Assembly: GCF_009914755.1 (NCBI RefSeq)
Contig: NC_060933.1
Direction: 5' to 3' (one strand)
Origin: the human T2T-CHM13v2.0 reference genome, Homo sapiens
Length of the DNA stretch: 64,000 nucleotides
In this document: one piece after another, positions 57,132 to 64,000 of the stretch
Numbering within the stretch: position 1 is the stretch's first letter
Layout of the letters: each line of letters starts with the position of its first letter
Notes under the pieces: generated by a model
Seen by the model: the letters and a program-made list of their open reading frames with translations, nothing else
Told to the model about the DNA's origin: nothing
Databases searched by the model: none
Position numbers and translations under genes: made by a program

Positions 57132-58345
57132 GCCTTAAGTCATGATTCTTACAACTTTAGGTTTGTTCCAGTGGCAGCTTTTCAGAAATGGGAACAGGAG
57201 CCCTTCTTCCATGTCTCCCACCTACTTCTTTTCTTTAATTCTGCTTACTATTACAGAATGGATTTCAAGACAAAAATGTGACCACCAGCCTGATGTTTTT
57301 CAGGTAGAGATTGAATTGATCATATCTCAGAATTTTATTCCAGCTGGCATTGTGCCTTTATGTAGTATATGACCTTGGGTACTCGAGAAAGATACATCAA
57401 TACCTATTGTAAAAAGAACACGACCCCAAGAAGACAACACAGACCTGATAAAATACAACTCCCACTTTCCAAAATGTTAACTGGTGGGCCGCATCTGAAA
57501 CATAGGAGTGTGGCCTTTTGTTTTGCCTGGTAACTCAGTATAAGCTGTGACACTGACTTGTGCACATTCTGCCATCATGGTATGAGCTCACAGAACCAAA
57601 GTCCCTCAGGGGCAGGAAGGACAGCACCTCTCCCTCCTCTGCAGCTCCAGCTCTCTCTACAACACTTATCCATCTCTCAAGATGGGCATGAACCCAAACT
57701 TCTTTGTGAGTTTTGCTGATCAAAGTTTTTGTGGCAGAGTTTGAGAAGGGCACAACCCAGATATACTCCCTTCAGACCAGATCTCCTTCCCTTGGTTCAC
57801 TGCCTATCTCTGTAGGAATAGTAGTCTCCAGGACCTACCATTTTATTTCCCATCTTTGCCCTGTTTATCATTTCTTCGTCCCTTCGTTTCTGATCTTTTG
57901 GTGTCACCAAGTTGCCAGGGGGTTGATTTTTCACAGCAGAGGCTTAAGGCAACGATTTAAGTACTATTCTTTTTGGTACAGCAGTCTCACCTCCATGTTC
58001 ATATCTAGACCCTCATATACTACTCTAGGCAGTCAGTATATACCTTGGCATTCATTTCTATGCGCACACTCCAGATTTTACTGGAGAGCCCCACGTAGGT
58101 GAAGGAGCTGGGCCAAAGGATTTCTGTTTTCTCTTACAAACCTGGCTGATCTAGTTCCCAGAAAGCCATTTGTCCATGTTCATTTTCCTATTTGATGTAT
58201 GTTGTGAATCATTAGAAAAGTGAGAGGGCTATTATATATTAATTATGTGCTATATGCCAGGGTTTCCCATACCCTAGCTAATTTAATTCTCATTATACAG
58301 GCAAGGGTTTTCATATCCCCATTTTACAGGTAAATAAACAGACTA

Positions 58346-58869
<524 letters not shown>

Positions 58870-60177
58870 GAAGTGAAGTAACTGACAAGGCTGAACAGTG
58901 CAGAACTGCCAAGAACTGAAATCTCCTTTTTACTCTGCCTGGAGGCCTCTCACCCTAGTCTTGCAGTCTGATGTCAAACCCTAATGCAAAATGGAAAAAT
59001 GTTTTCTCAGATTCTTGCTGGCCCATAAATATCCATAATCAAAACAGAGTCTTGTATGTGTGCCAGGTAAGGGGAGGAGAGAGGCACTTGTATATTTCTA
59101 TTTTTACCGGATTTTAAGATCCTCACAGGCAGCAACTGCATCTAGTTTATCCTGTATCCTCAGCACATGCAGAAGGAACCCCCTGGAAGCTTGTTCAGTT
59201 GGACTGAAAAAGCAGCTTTTGGCCAGTTCAATTGAGGGTGCTGAGTTTGGGTGGCCCGTGAGCTCTAGCTATTCTCACCTCTTCTATCTTTGGCTTTCAT
59301 TCTAATCTAGTTTTGAAGATGAGAAGGAGAATCTCCAAGTAGATATTTGTGTTCTTCTAACATCAGCACTGTAAGAGATTAATAAGGGACTTAGACCTGG
59401 CATCTAACTCTGGCCTTACTGGCTGGTAAATCCAGTTCCCAGATTTACCCCTTTGAAAATGAAGTGTTCTGACCAAATTAGTCTTAAAGCCCTTTCAAGC
59501 TCTGCCATCCCACAGCTGAAAAATTGTGGATGGCTCTGAAGGGAGAATAGGTATTTGGTAGTAATGACAACTATGTAGAAATGCTCCTGGGGTAGCATTG
59601 CTGTGGAAAATTATTTACAAGGCTGAGTTGTCATTTCTCTTCATGTAGACCAGGAATTAGGCTGGGAGTAATTCTGGTACACAGGCACCCTAAGATGTTG
59701 GTCTCATCAGTAACAAGAACAAAAAATATTAAGACTGTTTCTCTCACTACAAGCAATGACTAAGAAAAATGCCCAGGTGAATGTGAATATGTAGTGGAGA
59801 TCTAAAACATTCATAGCTGGAAGATCCACCATTATTCTGCAGCTTCCAACATTGACCCGCTGGGGAGGCCAAAGTTCTCCTCTGAAAGTTATGGGTGAAG
59901 CACTGAAACAAAGTATCTCCTTTGGGTGACTGATGCTCTGGGGATGGACTGCTTGGTGGCTTGTTGCAGAGGTGAAAGTATAATATCTGCATCTCCTTCC
60001 TTCACTTTTCTGTTTAACACACAGACTTTCCTTATGGGGTCTACACATGACCCAATGTGGCTTGGCTAGGGCAGCTTCAGGTAACAGCTGCATTGCCTCA
60101 GGTGCTCCTTTTCAGTGCTGACACTATTTGCATCCAGCACCTGCTTCAGGCTTGTGCCCTGGGCTTGTTGATGCTCT

Positions 60178-60385
60178 ATTCTCTCTAATAGAACTTTCTG
60201 GGATGAGTGGAATATTCTCTGTCTGTGCTGTCCAATATGGTGGCCATTAGCACACATGGCTACTGAGCACTTGAGGTGTGGCTCGTGTGACTGAAGAACT
60301 GAGGTTTTAATTTCTACATTTCAATTACTTTTAATGAAAATAACCACAGGTGGCTAGTGCTACCATATTGGACATTGTGTAGCTA
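60178..60385. mobile_element. MER3 (hAT-Charlie)
   Basis: CTAATAGAACTTTCTG...TGTCCAATATGGTGGCCA...TGGCTACTGAGCACTTGA...TACCATATTGGACA. Confidence 0.88.
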
Positions 60386-60586
60386 TAGCCCGATTTTTTC
60401 CCATGACTGAAAGAACCCCACCTACTGACCTACTTTTCTTTCCCCTAAGCCACTGTTTGAAACTCACCTGGGTCACTCTACAGACTGGTGGCACAGATCC
60501 TGGCTTAGAATTCAGAAGCTCAAGCCATCCTTGCATGGGCCCCACCCATCTAATCTGTTCTCTCATCTTTGGCAGTTCTCTTCTGT

Positions 60587-61195
<609 letters not shown>

Positions 61196-61595
61196 GTGTC
61201 TCCTTTTAATCTGAAGCTGACTTCTTTTCCTGGAGTATCACGAATGTTGACTTGGTAAGGTGTTCTCTCCACCAAGGTCTTGCCTACTGGATATCACTGA
61301 CCAAGCTTGACTATCCAGGAGATGCAGTGTCAGTCCCCTGTGTGCTTCTGCTCTAGGAACAGGAAAGAAATTGTCCGTTTCTACTTCTGCCAACACAAAC
61401 ATCTAGTGAGCCAAAACCTTTCTTAGATCTGAAGTGATTTTTCTTCTGATGTGGATTCTGCCATTGTATCATATTGTTTTGGTAAGTCATGTAATTTCTC
61501 TCAGGTATTTTAAATCATACTGTAACACTGCTCCTATACCAAAATGTCTCTAAGAAAACTGACTACCAAGGAAATGGAAATAAAAAAGAAAACTA

Positions 61596-61920
61596 GGCTG
61601 GGTGTGGTGGCTCACGCCTCTCTGTAGTAATCCCAGTACTTTGGGAGGCCAAGGCAGAAGGATTGTTTGAGCTCAGGAGTTGGAGACCAGCGTGGGCAAA
61701 ATGCCGAAACCTAGCCTCTACAAAAAAACAAACAAACAAACAAACAAAAATTAGCCAGGGGTACTGGCATGCACCTGTAGTCCCAACTACTTGGGCTGAG
61801 GTGGGAGGATCACTTGAGCCCAGGAGGCAGAGGTTGCAGTGAGCCAAAATTGTGCCACTGCACTCCAGCCTGGACGACAGAGGGAGACTTTCCATCAAAA
61901 CAGTAGTAACAATAATAATC
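61596..61920 (+). mobile_element. AluJ-like
   Basis: GGAGGATCACTTGAGCCCAGG; TSD AAGAAAACTA. Confidence 0.93.
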
Positions 61921-62477
61921 AAGAAAACTAGCACTTAGATGAGCATCTACTTTTCTTCAGGGCCAGTTCTTAGCACTCAACTTGCATTATCTGATTTAAT
62001 TTTTATAAATACGTTTTGCAGATGGGAGAACAGAGACTCAAAGAATGTATGCACCTCTTTTGAGATAAACCTGTAACTGCCACTGTTGGATAAAAACCCA
62101 GGTTGGTTGTCTCCAAAGCCCTTTATCTTTCAACTGTTGTAAGAAGAACTTATGGCAGGAAGTCATCCTGTACGGAGCAAAACCATGGCTCATGCAAACA
62201 ATATCCCATCTACACGCATACACACTGGGAAAAAAAGTGAGTGTGTCAAGTAAAAGACATCCAGCTCCAAATCTTCTTCACCTGCAGTTTGTTCGAAGAT
62301 GGATAATGAATATCATCTGAATTGCCAAAGAGCAAGAAGAGGGGGGAGACATCTGGCAGAGAAGAGGGATGATTCCAATTTGCTAGTTATTCTGGTGATG
62401 ATTGCTCATGGGGCAGCCAGAACAGAAATATGGATATAAGCTTGAATTTGTTGATTTTAGTTGCAAAAGGGAACAGA

Positions 62478-62512
<35 letters not shown>

Positions 62513-62513
62513 C
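62478..62513. repeat. (TG)12(CG)4 alternating purine-pyrimidine tract
   Basis: Read directly. Confidence 0.97.
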
Positions 62514-62879
62514 TTTAAAAAGCAGATTGAAAGAGTCTTCTTACTCATAATAGTGTTTATGGGACATATTAGAATTCATAAAATGCTTTGTTCATTCTCT
62601 GTTTTGTTGAATCCTTGCCATAGTCCAGTAAGGATAGCATAAATGTGGCAATTTTGTAGTGGAGGAAACTGTGCCCCAAATTCAGTCTCAGAAAGAATAA
62701 AGCTTGCATTCACAAGCCAGTCTAAATGTCAGTCCTGTGCCACTTCATATTTGCCTGCAGTATTTCTAGATTTTGCTCCTCTGATAGTAAGTGTATAGGC
62801 AACTAAATAAATTTACTTAAGACTTGGAAAGGAGATTCATCAGGACATGTCTAAGAAAAGAAAAGGAATAAAGTTTAAT

Positions 62880-63260
62880 GTATACAAGTCAAAATAAATA
62901 AAGTGATACGTCTTAGTAATGTAATATTAAATATAATTAGATTTCAAATAATTATGACATGACACTACTTTTATAAGTTTAGAAACAAAATCTAATAAGT
63001 ACACATACTTTTTAGGAATACACATAGATACAATAAAACCATATACTAAGAGAATCAAGGGAATGAAGAATATAGGATTTAGGGTGATGTTTACTCTGTG
63101 TGAGAGAAGAGAGGAGAAAGAGTTTGTAGAGGAACCATGGAGTTAGATGGTTATTATGGAAGTTCTAATTTTAGTTGTTAGAGGTGGTTTTAAATGTGAA
63201 TGCATACATTTAAAAAAATAACTAAATGGCTACTAAAATAAGTAAAAGTGAGTCGTGCAA
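62880..63260 (+). mobile_element. Old L1 (L1MC/ME) 3' UTR fragment
   Basis: TTTAGGAATACACATA...AAGGGAATGA...GATTTAGGGTGATGTTTACTCT motif order. Confidence 0.55.
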
Positions 63261-63774
63261 AAACTAAGGATCAAAATATGTAATGAACCGTTAAGATTAA
63301 TTGTGTTCTGTTAACCTCTAGTCCAGTAAGTAAAAAACAGCAACAACAATAATATAGGTCTCTAAAAGACAGTTGCACCTGGCTTAATATAATGGGACTT
63401 ATTTCTCACATACAATATCAGGACGGTCCAGAGGTCCTCTTCTGTCCTATAGATGTGCCAACTGGATTATGTGTCATGTCAGGTAAGCGGAGGCAAAGAA
63501 GACAGAAGAAACACACTGACTTTTAACTACCTCAACCTGCAAATAACAAATGTCATTTCTGCTCTTAGTTCATTGGCCAAAACTAGCTATATGGCCTCAG
63601 ACTATTTGCTGGAGAAATTGGGTAATGCAGAGGAGGAAATGAAGATTTAGCAAGCACTATCTGTCCCTGCAACACTTCTTTTATTTTTTATTTTTCTTGT
63701 TAGAGTAAAGATGAACAATTCTAGGTAAGATTCTATTTTTACCTATCCTTCTTGTGAGCTTTAAGAGACAGATT

Positions 63775-63990
63775 AGCTTCGTAAAAAGAGCTTGGGTTTG
63801 GTGTCAGATATATCTGGGTTTGACTCGTAACTCTCCTCTAAATGACTTAGGTGAACTTAAGCAAGTCGTATCTCTTCTCTGGCCTGTTTTCTTATATGCA
63901 AATTGGAGATAATAATCCAGATGTTGCAGGATTAGTGTAAGGCCAAGGTTGAAAGATGTCCACTAACATGTTGGAATCTCAGTAATTTAC
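63775..63990 (+). mobile_element. MIR
   Basis: GTCAGA..CTGGGTTTGA...AGCAAGTC...CCTGTTTTCTTATATGCAAATTGGAGATAATAA. Confidence 0.75.
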
Positions 63991-64000
63991 TAGTAATTAT

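Overview
This is primate (catarrhine, most likely human) non-coding genomic DNA, either intronic or intergenic. I cannot name the host gene from sequence alone. No convincing protein-coding region, tRNA, rRNA, CRISPR array or CpG island is visible, and the ORF-track entries are Alu/LTR/low-complexity translations or chance ORFs. The window is dominated by interspersed repeats: about 28 Alu segments (J, S and Y types, plus monomers), a fragmented ancient L1 (~48.1-53.6 kb) carrying nested insertions, solo MaLR/ERV LTRs (THE1B x2, MLT1, MLT2, LTR40-like), many DNA-transposon fossils (MER53 x2, MER5, MER2, Tigger2a, MER44, MER20, MER58, MER96, MER3, Charlie1-like) and MIR/L2 fragments. Repeat family names come from recalled consensus sequences and need RepeatMasker/Dfam confirmation. 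Repeat annotation does not explain several local rearrangement scars: a ~350-bp dispersed duplication (10014-10365 / 13040-13392), a ~80-95-bp inverted duplication around a 248-bp spacer (18154-18577), a 23-bp-stem miRNA-sized hairpin (39680-39733), several templated micro-duplications, and a chimeric AluY pair under one TSD. There is also a miR-1302-like hairpin in a MER53 and a few candidate plus-strand exons. I found no evidence for a novel multi-gene system.
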